From an uncultured Synergistaceae bacterium (GTDB taxonomy: Bacteria > Synergistota > Synergistia > Synergistales > Dethiosulfovibrionaceae), in NCBI GenBank assembly GCA_964622575.1, contig CAZUQW010000009.1, positions 272-64,271 of the forward strand: a stretch of DNA of 64,000 nt, read 5' to 3'. Of this stretch, positions 9,079 through 17,382 are shown piece by piece. Numbering within the stretch: position 1 is the first letter of the stretch; every line of letters starts with the position of its first letter. The position numbers and the translations under genes are program-made. The notes below the pieces were generated by a model. That model was not told the origin of the DNA. It worked only from the letters and a program-made list of their open reading frames with translations, and ran no database searches.

Positions 9079-9418
9079 GGTCTGTGATCCTTCCGCCGCA
9101 CGCCTCGACGATGCTGCGGGCGTGAACGTCAATGTTTTTGTCTGCAAGGAGAGCTTGAACGTCACGTTCGATGCGGCTGAAGGCGGCGTTGAAGCCGAGA
9201 AGTTTTTCGATCTCGTCAAGCCGACTGCGCACCTTTGACAGCTGATCGGAAACTCCTTGGCGGCTGATATGCAGCGCCTCGGAAATTTCGGAAAGTGAAA
9301 AGTCATCCAGCTCGTGCATTTCATAAATGCGGCGCTGTCGTTCAGTCAGAAGCGGCCCGTAGAGGTCGTACAGCCTCGAAAAGCGCACACGGCGTTTCAG
9401 AAGCTCCTTTTCGCTCAC
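9071..9418 (-). CDS. ylxM: YlxM-family HTH protein (SRP-associated)
   Basis: LYDLYGPLLTERQR, DFSLSEISE, ISRQGVSDQL; directly upstream of ffh; GTG start after AGGAG. Confidence 0.88.
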   Translation of the reverse strand: MSEKELLKRRVRFSRLYDLYGPLLTERQRRIYEMHELDDFSLSEISEALHISRQGVSDQLSKVRSRLDEIEKLLGFNAAFSRIERDVQALLADKNIDVHARSIVEACGGRITDHV

Positions 9419-9444
9419 CGCTCCCACTCCTTTCAGACGTGAGA

Positions 9445-9473
9445 ATTATAGCCGCTTGAAGAGGGGGTGTCAA
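9445..9473 (-). promoter_or_regulatory. Consensus sigma70 promoter of the ylxM-ffh-rpsP operon
   Basis: TTGACA (9468-9473) -17 bp- TATAAT (9445-9450) on minus strand. Confidence 0.8.
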
Positions 9474-9619
9474 GCATTTTTGGTTGACACATAATTTTAT
9501 TTTTCGGCCGGTTATGATAGAATAATAAAAAATCGGAAGTCTGTGTCCTGATGTTTTGAAACGAGATGACGCACGAAGCTTTGTGGAAGGCAAAGCCTTT
9601 TGGGGGAAACGGAGAAGCC

Positions 9620-10294
9620 ATGAAAAAGGCAGTATCGATGAGTTCTGCAAGGGAGGCGAGCTGCCGCAAACTGGCAGCAACGCTGTCGAAGGGACTTTCG
9701 GAGCGCGGACATGTGCCCTTTTATGTGGAGAGCGCAGAGGAAGCGCTGGAGAAAGTTCTGAAGCTCGTTCCCCTTGGCGCCAGCGTGGGAATTCCGGGTT
9801 CTGTGAGCATTCGCGAGATCGGCGCCCCCGAAGCGCTGAGAGCGCGCGGCAACACTGTAGTGGAGCATTGGAATTCCGAGGCGACGCCCGATGAAAACTT
9901 TGAAGCCCGCTTTCGGGAATCGCAGTGCGATGTTCTGCTGACCAGCTCCAATGCCGTCACCATGGACGGAATTCTGGTGAACATCGACGGCAGCGGCAAC
10001 CGGCTTGCAGCCATGTGCTGGAGCCGTGGCGACCGCATTTTCGTGATCAGCATGAACAAAGTATGTCCCAATGTGGAGCAGGCTGTGGCGAGGGTGCAGA
10101 ATTTTGCAGTGCCGCCCAACGCCTTGCGCTTGGGTTGCAAGACACCCTGCGCAGTCACGGGCTGCCATGCGGAAAAAGGTTGTATGGGGCCGGAAAGTTT
10201 GTGCCGCCTGCTGCTGGTTACAGCTCAGGCGCCGACCATGCCGGAAGGCAGAAAATCATATGTGATTCTCGTAGGAGAACCCTTGGGGTATTGA
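9620..10294 (+). CDS. LUD-domain (lactate utilization LutC/YkgG-like) protein
   Basis: VGIPGSVSI, TSSNAVTMDGILVNIDGSGNR, Cys-rich C-terminus PCAVTGC...C...LC. Confidence 0.8.
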   Translation: MKKAVSMSSAREASCRKLAATLSKGLSERGHVPFYVESAEEALEKVLKLVPLGASVGIPGSVSIREIGAPEALRARGNTVVEHWNSEATPDENFEARFRESQCDVLLTSSNAVTMDGILVNIDGSGNRLAAMCWSRGDRIFVISMNKVCPNVEQAVARVQNFAVPPNALRLGCKTPCAVTGCHAEKGCMGPESLCRLLLVTAQAPTMPEGRKSYVILVGEPLGY

Positions 10295-10297
10295 AAA

Positions 10298-11287
10298 ATG
10301 TCCTCTCAGACGATCTCTCTTGTTATCGCCGGCGGTGAAATTGCCCGAACGCTGGAAAATGCGCCGGGAAACGCCGGCCAAAGCGCCAACGGCGAAATTA
10401 TCAAATCGTGGATTCCCGAGGAAATGGCGGATTCGGTGAACGTTATCGACTGGAGCCACCAGCCCGGCAGCCATTATTCTCTGAACATGACCAGCGATCT
10501 CATGTTCCTTTTGGCGCAGCAGGTCACGGCGGGCGCTCATGCCGTCGTGGCGTTCTGCGGCTCCGACGCCGTGGAGGAAATGGCTTATCTTGCCGATCTG
10601 ATGTGGATTTATCCGCAGCCCCTGATCTTTGCCGTGGCCCGCAGCGCTCCCGGCGAAGCGGGAAGTGACGCCCTTCTGGCGCTCCGCGAAGCCCTGACGG
10701 TGGCCGGCGCCCGCGAAGCGTGGGGGCGGGGCGTGCTCCTCTGCGCCAACGGACGGATCTATGCGGCCTCCGATCTTGTGGAAGCTTCCAACTATGGGCG
10801 CGGCCTTTACCGCGGCAACTTCAGCGAATCTGCAGGATGCGTTTCCGACGGCAGCGTATCCTTCTGGCAGATGCCCAAACGGAGCAAAATATTCGACAAA
10901 ATTTTCGTTCCGGCGCGCAACGTCGAGCTGTTGGAAGCCTCTCTCGGTGCCGGCGAGCGGTTTCTGCAGGCGCTAACCGACGAGGAGGCCAACGCCCCCG
11001 ACGGACTGGTCATCGCCGGATTCGGCGGAGGATGTGTCTATCCCGCCTGGGTGCCTCATCTGAAAACGCTGGTGCGAAACGGCGTCCCCGTGGTGGCGGC
11101 ATCGCGCTGTCTGCAGGGATGTATTACCGAGGAGGAAGATTTTGAGGGGTCCTTCAGCAAGCTGAAGGAATTCGGCGTCATGAGCGCCGGATTCCTGACG
11201 CCCCTCCAGGCCAGAATAAAGCTGGCCGTAGGCCTGGGCGCAGGGCTGAAGGACGAAGAGCTCCAGAAGTATCTGCTCGACCGTTAA
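10298..11287 (+). CDS. Asparaginase-fold protein with substituted catalytic residues
   Basis: AGGEI for TGGTI, FCGSDAVEEMAY for HGTDTLEETAY, C-terminal GLVIAGFGGG and AGFLTPLQARIKL. Confidence 0.75.
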   Translation: MSSQTISLVIAGGEIARTLENAPGNAGQSANGEIIKSWIPEEMADSVNVIDWSHQPGSHYSLNMTSDLMFLLAQQVTAGAHAVVAFCGSDAVEEMAYLADLMWIYPQPLIFAVARSAPGEAGSDALLALREALTVAGAREAWGRGVLLCANGRIYAASDLVEASNYGRGLYRGNFSESAGCVSDGSVSFWQMPKRSKIFDKIFVPARNVELLEASLGAGERFLQALTDEEANAPDGLVIAGFGGGCVYPAWVPHLKTLVRNGVPVVAASRCLQGCITEEEDFEGSFSKLKEFGVMSAGFLTPLQARIKLAVGLGAGLKDEELQKYLLDR

Positions 11288-11311
11288 AACTTGAAAAGAC
11301 GTGCGAAAAGC

Positions 11312-11356
11312 AAAAAGCGCGGTTTCCGGAAACGTTTTTCCGGGAACCGCGCTTTT
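11312..11356. terminator. Bidirectional terminator hairpin between convergent genes
   Basis: aaaagcgcggtttccggaaa-cgtt-tttccgggaaccgcgctttt. Confidence 0.75.
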
Positions 11357-11366
11357 AAAAATGCCG

Positions 11367-13250
11367 CTAAAGGCCTTTGACGAAGAGCGCTCGGATGGCG
11401 TTGAGCACCGCCAGAACCATAACGCCCACGTCGGCGAAAATGGCAAAGCCCATGCCCGTAAGCCCCAATGCGCCCGTCAGGAGGCAGATGGCTTTGACGC
11501 CGATGGCGAACCAGATGTTCTCTTTGACGATGCGCAGGCAGTGGCGGGCGATGGCGATGGCTTTCGCGATTTTGAGGGGATCGTCGTCCATGAGCACCAC
11601 ATCGGCTGCCTCGATGGCGGCGTCGCTGCCCATGGCTCCCATGGCGATGCCCACGTCGGCCCGGGAGAGCACGGGAGCGTCGTTGATGCCGTCGCCCACA
11701 AAGGCCAGCTTTTCGCCGCGCTTGCAGCCCGCCAACAGCTTCTCCACCTCGGCCACTTTATCGGCGGGCAGAAGCTCGGCGTGGAACTCGTCGACGCCCG
11801 TTTCTTCGGCGACTTTTTCGGCGACGGCACGGCGGTCTCCCGTGAGCATCACCGTTTTTCTGACGCCGGCTTGCCGAAGTCGCTCGATGGTTTCTTTGGC
11901 GTGAGGTTTCAGAAGGTCACTGATCACCACGTGGCCGGCGTACTCCCCGCCTATAGCCATGTGGACGATGGAGCCTGCGCTGCGGCAGGCGATAAAGGGA
12001 ATGCCGAAGCGGTTCATGAGCTTGGCGTTGCCCGCGGCAACTTCAGCGCCGTCAACGCGAGCCGTAACGCCCTCGCCGCTGTACTCCCTGATGTCGGTCA
12101 CCCGGCGGCGGTCCAGAGGCCGGCCGTAGGCTTCCTTCAAACTTTTGCTGATCGGGTGGGATGAAGCGCTTTCGGCAAGCGCCGCATACTCCAGAAGCTT
12201 TTTTGGATCGATGGGGCAGTGGTGGACGGCAGCAACCTCGAAAACGCCACGCGTCAGCGTTCCCGTCTTGTCAAAGACCACACACTTGGTCTGAGAGAGC
12301 GTTTCGAAGAAATTGGCGCCTTTGACGAGGATCCCCTGGCGGCTGGCGCCGCCGATTCCCGCGAAAAAGCTGAGAGGAATGCAGATCACCAGAGCGCAGG
12401 GGCAGCTGATGACGAGAAAGATCAGCGCACGGTAAATCCACAGGCTCCACAGGGGCGCCGCACCCATAAAAATCAACCTCAAGACGGGCGGCAGCACTGC
12501 AAGGGCGAGGGCGCTGCAACACACTGCCGGCGTGTAAACGCGGGCAAAACGGCTGATGAACTCTTCTGAGCGTGACTTGCGCGAGCTGGCGTTTTCGACG
12601 AGATCGAGAATTTTGGAGGCCGTTGACGCGCTGAATTCGCGGGTCGTCCTGATTTTCAAAACGCCCGTCATGTTGATGCATCCCGAGAGAATTTCGCTGC
12701 CCGCTGCGACGCTTAGCGGCGCGCTTTCGCCCGTCAACGCCGCGGCGTTCAGCGTCGAAGAACCTTCTGTGACCACGCCGTCAATGGGAACTTTTTCGCC
12801 GGGTTGGACGACGATGACAGTTCCTACGGGCACTTCGTCGGGCGAGACGCGCGCCAGTTGACCGTTGCCCTCGACGTTGGCGGAGTCGGGGCGGATATCC
12901 ATAAGCGCGCCGATGCTTTTTCGGCTGCGCCCCACGGCGATGCTCTGGAAAAGTTCGCCGACTTGATAGAACAGCATGACGGCAATGGCCTCGGTGTAAT
13001 CGCCGCTTCCGGATACGGCCAGCGCCATGGCGCCTACTGTGGCCGTCGCCATCAGAAAGTTTTCGTCGAACACCTGTCGGCGGGCAATGCCTTTTCCGGC
13101 TTTCAGCAGGATGTCATAGCCCACCGTCAGGTAGGGCAGAAGGTATAGCGCAAAGCGCGCCACGCCCTCAAACTGCACGAAATGAAGCGCAACCATCATC
13201 GCCGAAGCGGCGGCAATGCGGCAAAGCATTTTCTTCTGTTTTTTATTCAT
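11367..13250 (-). CDS. cadA: Heavy-metal P1B-type ATPase (Cd/Zn/Co, CadA/ZntA-like)
   Basis: TGES, ISCPCAL, DKTGTLT, GDGINDAP; start ATG 13250. Confidence 0.9.
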   Translation of the reverse strand: MNKKQKKMLCRIAAASAMMVALHFVQFEGVARFALYLLPYLTVGYDILLKAGKGIARRQVFDENFLMATATVGAMALAVSGSGDYTEAIAVMLFYQVGELFQSIAVGRSRKSIGALMDIRPDSANVEGNGQLARVSPDEVPVGTVIVVQPGEKVPIDGVVTEGSSTLNAAALTGESAPLSVAAGSEILSGCINMTGVLKIRTTREFSASTASKILDLVENASSRKSRSEEFISRFARVYTPAVCCSALALAVLPPVLRLIFMGAAPLWSLWIYRALIFLVISCPCALVICIPLSFFAGIGGASRQGILVKGANFFETLSQTKCVVFDKTGTLTRGVFEVAAVHHCPIDPKKLLEYAALAESASSHPISKSLKEAYGRPLDRRRVTDIREYSGEGVTARVDGAEVAAGNAKLMNRFGIPFIACRSAGSIVHMAIGGEYAGHVVISDLLKPHAKETIERLRQAGVRKTVMLTGDRRAVAEKVAEETGVDEFHAELLPADKVAEVEKLLAGCKRGEKLAFVGDGINDAPVLSRADVGIAMGAMGSDAAIEAADVVLMDDDPLKIAKAIAIARHCLRIVKENIWFAIGVKAICLLTGALGLTGMGFAIFADVGVMVLAVLNAIRALFVKGL

Positions 13251-13341
13251 GGCGGCACCTTTCCCTAACCTTTTCTCCCTTCTCTGCAAGTTGGAATGGA
13301 CGTTTCCGGCCACTCGAAAAAGGGATTGTCCGGGCGATGAA

Positions 13342-13560
13342 TTACAGATAGACCTCGCAGTCGTCCTCCACCTTTTTGCAGTTTTCGCGCACCTGTTTCA
13401 TGACCTGGTCGGAAAGGGCGCCCTCTTCAAATTCCACGTTCATCTTCAGCGTCATAAAGTTGACTGAGGCGCTTTTGACGCCTGCCGTTCTGCGTGCGGC
13501 CTGTTCCATTTTGTTGGCGCAGTTCGCGCAGTCCACGTCGATGCGATAGCTCTTTTTCAT
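13342..13560 (-). CDS. Stand-alone heavy-metal-associated (HMA) domain protein
   Basis: DCANCA CxxC motif, 72 aa, upstream of the ATPase. Confidence 0.88.
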   Translation of the reverse strand: MKKSYRIDVDCANCANKMEQAARRTAGVKSASVNFMTLKMNVEFEEGALSDQVMKQVRENCKKVEDDCEVYL

Positions 13561-13600
13561 GGAAATTTCTCCTTAACGTTATTTTAAAACGGCGGATAAC

Positions 13601-13659
13601 GATTAAATAACTGCTTAATCGTTTGATTAGAATTTATCACAGCGCCTTCGGACTGTCAA
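13601..13659 (-). promoter_or_regulatory. HMA-cadA promoter with ArsR/SmtB-type operator
   Basis: TTGACA (13654-13659) -17- TAAATT with TG extension; inverted repeat gattaagcagttatttaatc (13601-13620) resembling SmtB box TGAACAGTTATTCA. Confidence 0.65.
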
Positions 13660-13827
13660 GAATTTTATCATTTTATGCGTGAAAGGCGCGCACTTTCGAG
13701 CCCCGCCGAGCGCGCCAGATGATCTTGCCCCTTCGCGAAGGGAGAGTCGCGCGAAGCGGCACGAGAAAAAAATACTCACAGACGCCAGATTGTGGTAAAA
13801 ATAGAGGTGACTGAAGGGAGTGATTCC

Positions 13828-14199
13828 ATGTCGATGCCTATCAAGCTGCCACACCATCACAGCCAGGTCATAGAGAAGATGACCGGTGCCTTTCCGAACG
13901 CCGGGGATTTCGCCCCGCTGGCCGATACCTTCAAGCATCTCAGCGATCCCAACAGACTGAGGATTTTTTGGGCGCTGTGCCACGGCGAAGAGTGTGTGAT
14001 TAACATCTCCGCGCTCACTGAAATGTCCAGCCCCGCAGTGTCCCACCACCTGCGGATTTTAAAAAACGCTGGGCTCATCGTGAGCCGCCGCGAGGGCAAG
14101 GAAGTGTATTACCGCACCGCCGACACCGAGACGGCCTGCACGCTTCACGAGATCATCGAAAAGCTTCTGAAAATCGTCTGTCCGCTCAGTGTCCATTAA
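13828..14199 (+). CDS. ArsR/SmtB (CadC/CzrA-like) metal-sensing repressor
   Basis: FKHLSDPNRLRI, EECVINI, SPAVSHHLRILK, RREGKEVYY; divergent from the ATPase. Confidence 0.9.
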   Translation: MSMPIKLPHHHSQVIEKMTGAFPNAGDFAPLADTFKHLSDPNRLRIFWALCHGEECVINISALTEMSSPAVSHHLRILKNAGLIVSRREGKEVYYRTADTETACTLHEIIEKLLKIVCPLSVH

Positions 14200-14293
14200 A
14201 AAAGCCGGCACGCCCAACGACCTCTTTCGGCGAAAGTTCCGAGAGACGTTCTCGAAGCTTCGCCGGAGGAGAGGCTGAGGGCCAGCCGGCTTT
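14199..14293. repeat. Long (~95 nt) nested hairpin between convergent arsR and lysR
   Basis: aaagccggc...gccggcttt outer stem; cctct/agagg, ttcggcgaa/ttcgccgga and cgagagacgttctcg inner stems. Confidence 0.7.
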
Positions 14294-14318
14294 ACAGACA
14301 GTTTTTTATTGACAAGTG

Positions 14319-15206
14319 TCAGGAGTTGGCGCCGCGGTGTTCCGCCTGCTGAATGAGATAGGAAACCAACACCTCCACGGCTTTAGTCTCGCAGAGCCCG
14401 TAGACCAGGCGGAACGAACGGTAGACCGCAGGCTTGAAGGGCAGCATGACGACGCTGCCCGACATCTGCGCGGCAAAGCGCGACACGATACCCGCCTCGG
14501 CCCCACTGGCCACGGCGTTGACCACGCCCATGGTGTGCCCGAACTGCAGATCGGGCTCTTTCACCGTGCCCATGCGGCTTTTGTAGACGCGTTCCCACGT
14601 TTGGCGGCTGCCCGAACCCGAGGTGCGCCCCACCAGTTTCAGGCCGCTGATCTCTTCCATGGTGATGTACTTTTTCGATCCCAGTGGGTGGTTGCGGTTG
14701 ACAATCAGCACAAGCTCATCATGAAAGAAAGGAATGCTGGTGAAGCCGGGGAGGCTTCTGTCGGTTCCCACCACGGCGATGTCCGATTTTTTGTCCGTCA
14801 GGTCCTCGAGCGCCGATTGAGAATCCCCCTGAGTGACCTGCACGTTGACGCCGGGGTGCTTTTCGGTGAACTCCACAAGCAGTTCCGGCAAAATGAAATC
14901 GCCGGGAATGGAACTCGAGCTGATTCTCACCGTGCCGTACAGTTCCTGGGAGATCTCGGCAATCTGGATGCGTGCTTTTTTCCGCATGTCCAGCATTTTC
15001 AGGGCGGCTTTGTACAGTACAGTGCCCTCGGAGGTCAACGTGGAATGTTTATGGCCGTTGGCGAACATCGAGGCTCCCATTTCGGCTTCGATACGGGCAA
15101 CCCGCTTGCTGACCGCAGGCTGAGAGATGCCCAGCGCGGCGGCTGCGGCAGATATACTCCCTTTTTCGACGATGGAAACAAAAGTTTCCAATTCTTTGAA
15201 ATCCAT
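14319..15206 (-). CDS. LysR-family transcriptional regulator
   Basis: MDFKELETF...SISAAAAALGISQPAVS HTH; ISSSSIPGDFILP substrate domain. Confidence 0.92.
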   Translation of the reverse strand: MDFKELETFVSIVEKGSISAAAAALGISQPAVSKRVARIEAEMGASMFANGHKHSTLTSEGTVLYKAALKMLDMRKKARIQIAEISQELYGTVRISSSSIPGDFILPELLVEFTEKHPGVNVQVTQGDSQSALEDLTDKKSDIAVVGTDRSLPGFTSIPFFHDELVLIVNRNHPLGSKKYITMEEISGLKLVGRTSGSGSRQTWERVYKSRMGTVKEPDLQFGHTMGVVNAVASGAEAGIVSRFAAQMSGSVVMLPFKPAVYRSFRLVYGLCETKAVEVLVSYLIQQAEHRGANS

Positions 15207-15350
15207 GTGTTCAACTCCTTTAAGACGCCATCTATAAATAAAAAGAATGAAGTATTAGGAACATTATACATGAAAATAAAAATTTTGGTACTTGTCAACA
15301 GAAAATTCATGTAGTATATTTATAGTACACTAAATCATTGGGAGGTTATC

Positions 15351-15737
15351 TTGATGACACTTGGTCTTCGTATTCGAACACTTCGGAAGTCTCGCAAAAT
15401 GACACAACAGCAACTCGCTGACGCGACCGACGTGAGCAGGATCTACATACAGGCGCTGGAAAGCAACCGACGCAACCCGTCGATGAAGCTGCTCCACCGC
15501 CTTGCCGAAGAGCTGGGCGTCGAGCCTTCCGACCTGCTGGAGGACTTTCCCCGCGACAAGGGCGGACGCCTTCAGCTCGAAGCGCTCTTTGACAGCCCCA
15601 AACCCATGGAAATCTGGTATCGCAGCCACAAATTGACGGAACGTGACGTGTGCATGGTGCAGCGCTTGATCGATGCAGCCCTGGCCGACTGGGAGAGCGA
15701 GCCCAAGCGTGGCAAAGACAAGTCCTCGAAGGAGTAG
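15351..15737 (+). CDS. XRE-family HTH repressor (ImmR/phage repressor-like)
   Basis: LGLRIRTLRKSRKMTQQQLA...ESNRRNPS; promoter TTGTCA-17-TATATT at 15292-15320. Confidence 0.88.
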   Translation: MMTLGLRIRTLRKSRKMTQQQLADATDVSRIYIQALESNRRNPSMKLLHRLAEELGVEPSDLLEDFPRDKGGRLQLEALFDSPKPMEIWYRSHKLTERDVCMVQRLIDAALADWESEPKRGKDKSSKE

Positions 15738-15813
15738 CGAAGAAGAACATTTTGAGTTTCCGTCGCCGCCGGAATACATCGAGCCGTCCATACGCAGAGA
15801 AGCTGCACAGTGG

Positions 15814-16164
15814 ATGAAACTGAGCGAGTTCGACGCTCTGGTCAAATTGGAAGGTCTCATCTCCATGGAGGCGGAAACCGTGCGCGTCCCCATGAGCGCA
15901 CGGATGTGGGGTTTTACCTACACCAACAGACAGCTCGGCCGCTGCCGCATTCACCTCAACAGCCGCCTGCCTCGATTCTGGCAGAGCTTTGCCCTCTTTC
16001 ACGAGATTCATCATTTGCTGCACGACAGCCGAGGCTGCTATTTCTGGGCGCAGACCCGCGCCAACATGAGCGGTTTCGAGTATCGTGCCGACCAATTCGC
16101 CTGGGCGGTGCTGATGGACGAGTGGTGCGACGGCGACGAGGATGATGGGGTGTTCGGCCAGTGA
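15814..16164 (+). CDS. ImmA/IrrE-family metallopeptidase (start uncertain, could extend to ~15709)
   Basis: FALFHEIHHLL (HExxH) and downstream EYRADQFA. Confidence 0.8.
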   Translation: MKLSEFDALVKLEGLISMEAETVRVPMSARMWGFTYTNRQLGRCRIHLNSRLPRFWQSFALFHEIHHLLHDSRGCYFWAQTRANMSGFEYRADQFAWAVLMDEWCDGDEDDGVFGQ

Positions 16165-16420
16165 CTTTTCACAGGAAAAAGAGAACCTCTGGAGGCGTCT
16201 TTTGAGCTGCGCGCGAGGCGCGTGAACTGCCGTCATCCAAGTCGACTCGGCGAATAAAATCAGGGGAACGCCGGAATCCCTTCGGCGTTCCCCATTTGTA
16301 TTGACTGTGGCGGCCGGGCGATGGAGAGCATTTTGCCGTTGACGAGCTGCGCCGCTTTTTGTACAATATCGGCGAACATTAATGTACTTTTGTTTATTGT
16401 CGACGAAAGAGGTGACTCCG

Positions 16421-17293
16421 GTGGAAGCGATGAAACTGCAGGAATTGCTGCGCAGCAAACTCGATTCGATGCCCTCGAAGGCGCGCCGAGTGGTGGACTA
16501 CCTTCTGACGCACATGCGCGAAGCGCCCTTCATCTCCATCGGCGAAGTGGCGGAACAGCTTGACGTTTCCAAGGCACAGATCGTGCGAGTCGCGCGTCTG
16601 TTGGGGTTTGACGGCTACGCGGATCTGAAGCGAGAACTGAAAAAGGCCGTGCTTGAACAGGTCAACCCCGCGGCCATGCTGGAACGTGCCATGAGCGAAG
16701 AAGGCGACTTGTCGGAACGCATCCGCAAAATGGAACACGCCAACCTCGAGGACACCTGGAAAAGCCTCCGTCGCGAAGACGTCAAGTCATTCTGCAGCTT
16801 CGTCAAAAACGCCCATGGCGTGTACTGCGCCGGCTGGAGCATTTCGGGAATGATGGCCGAATGCCTCCACAGCCGCCTGCGCGAGCTGGGATTGCCCGCC
16901 CATCAGATGTACCCCGGTTCGGGCTGCTTGACGCTTATCGAGCAAGCCCGCAGCATCCACAGCGGCGACGTGGTCGTGGCCTTCGATCTGCCCAGCTATT
17001 CGGTGCTGCTCACCGAAGCCATCCAAAGAGCTCACAACCAAAAAGCCAAGGTGATCACCATCACCGACAGCCCCGCCGCGCCGGTGTGCAGCTTTTCCGA
17101 CCTCTCCTTTTACGTGAGCGACAACAGCCCCACCTTCGGCAGCAGCCTTGTTGGCCCGCTGTTCCTGATCCACATTCTCACGTCGCAGCTTTCAGTGGAC
17201 ATGGGCGACGCCGCGCTGAAAGCCTTGGGAGAGCAGAGCAGAATCCTTCGCGACGAGCGGCTCTATTATCCCGTCTATTCGTTGAGATATTGA
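16421..17293 (+). CDS. MurR/RpiR-family transcriptional regulator
   Basis: SIGEVAEQLDVSKAQIVRVARLLGFDGY HTH plus SIS domain KVITITDS; promoter TTGACG-17-TACAAT at 16339-16367. Confidence 0.9.
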   Translation: MEAMKLQELLRSKLDSMPSKARRVVDYLLTHMREAPFISIGEVAEQLDVSKAQIVRVARLLGFDGYADLKRELKKAVLEQVNPAAMLERAMSEEGDLSERIRKMEHANLEDTWKSLRREDVKSFCSFVKNAHGVYCAGWSISGMMAECLHSRLRELGLPAHQMYPGSGCLTLIEQARSIHSGDVVVAFDLPSYSVLLTEAIQRAHNQKAKVITITDSPAAPVCSFSDLSFYVSDNSPTFGSSLVGPLFLIHILTSQLSVDMGDAALKALGEQSRILRDERLYYPVYSLRY

Positions 17294-17318
17294 ATGAGCG
17301 GCACTTTGGTGCCCTATG

Positions 17319-17371
17319 AAAAACAGACAGGCCGAATTCCTTTGAAAAAGGAATTCGGCCTGTCCGTTTTT
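17319..17371. terminator. Bidirectional terminator between rpiR and the cob operon
   Basis: aaacagacaggccgaattcctt...aaggaattcggcctgtccgtttt. Confidence 0.78.
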
Positions 17372-17382
17372 GGGCGTTTGCT

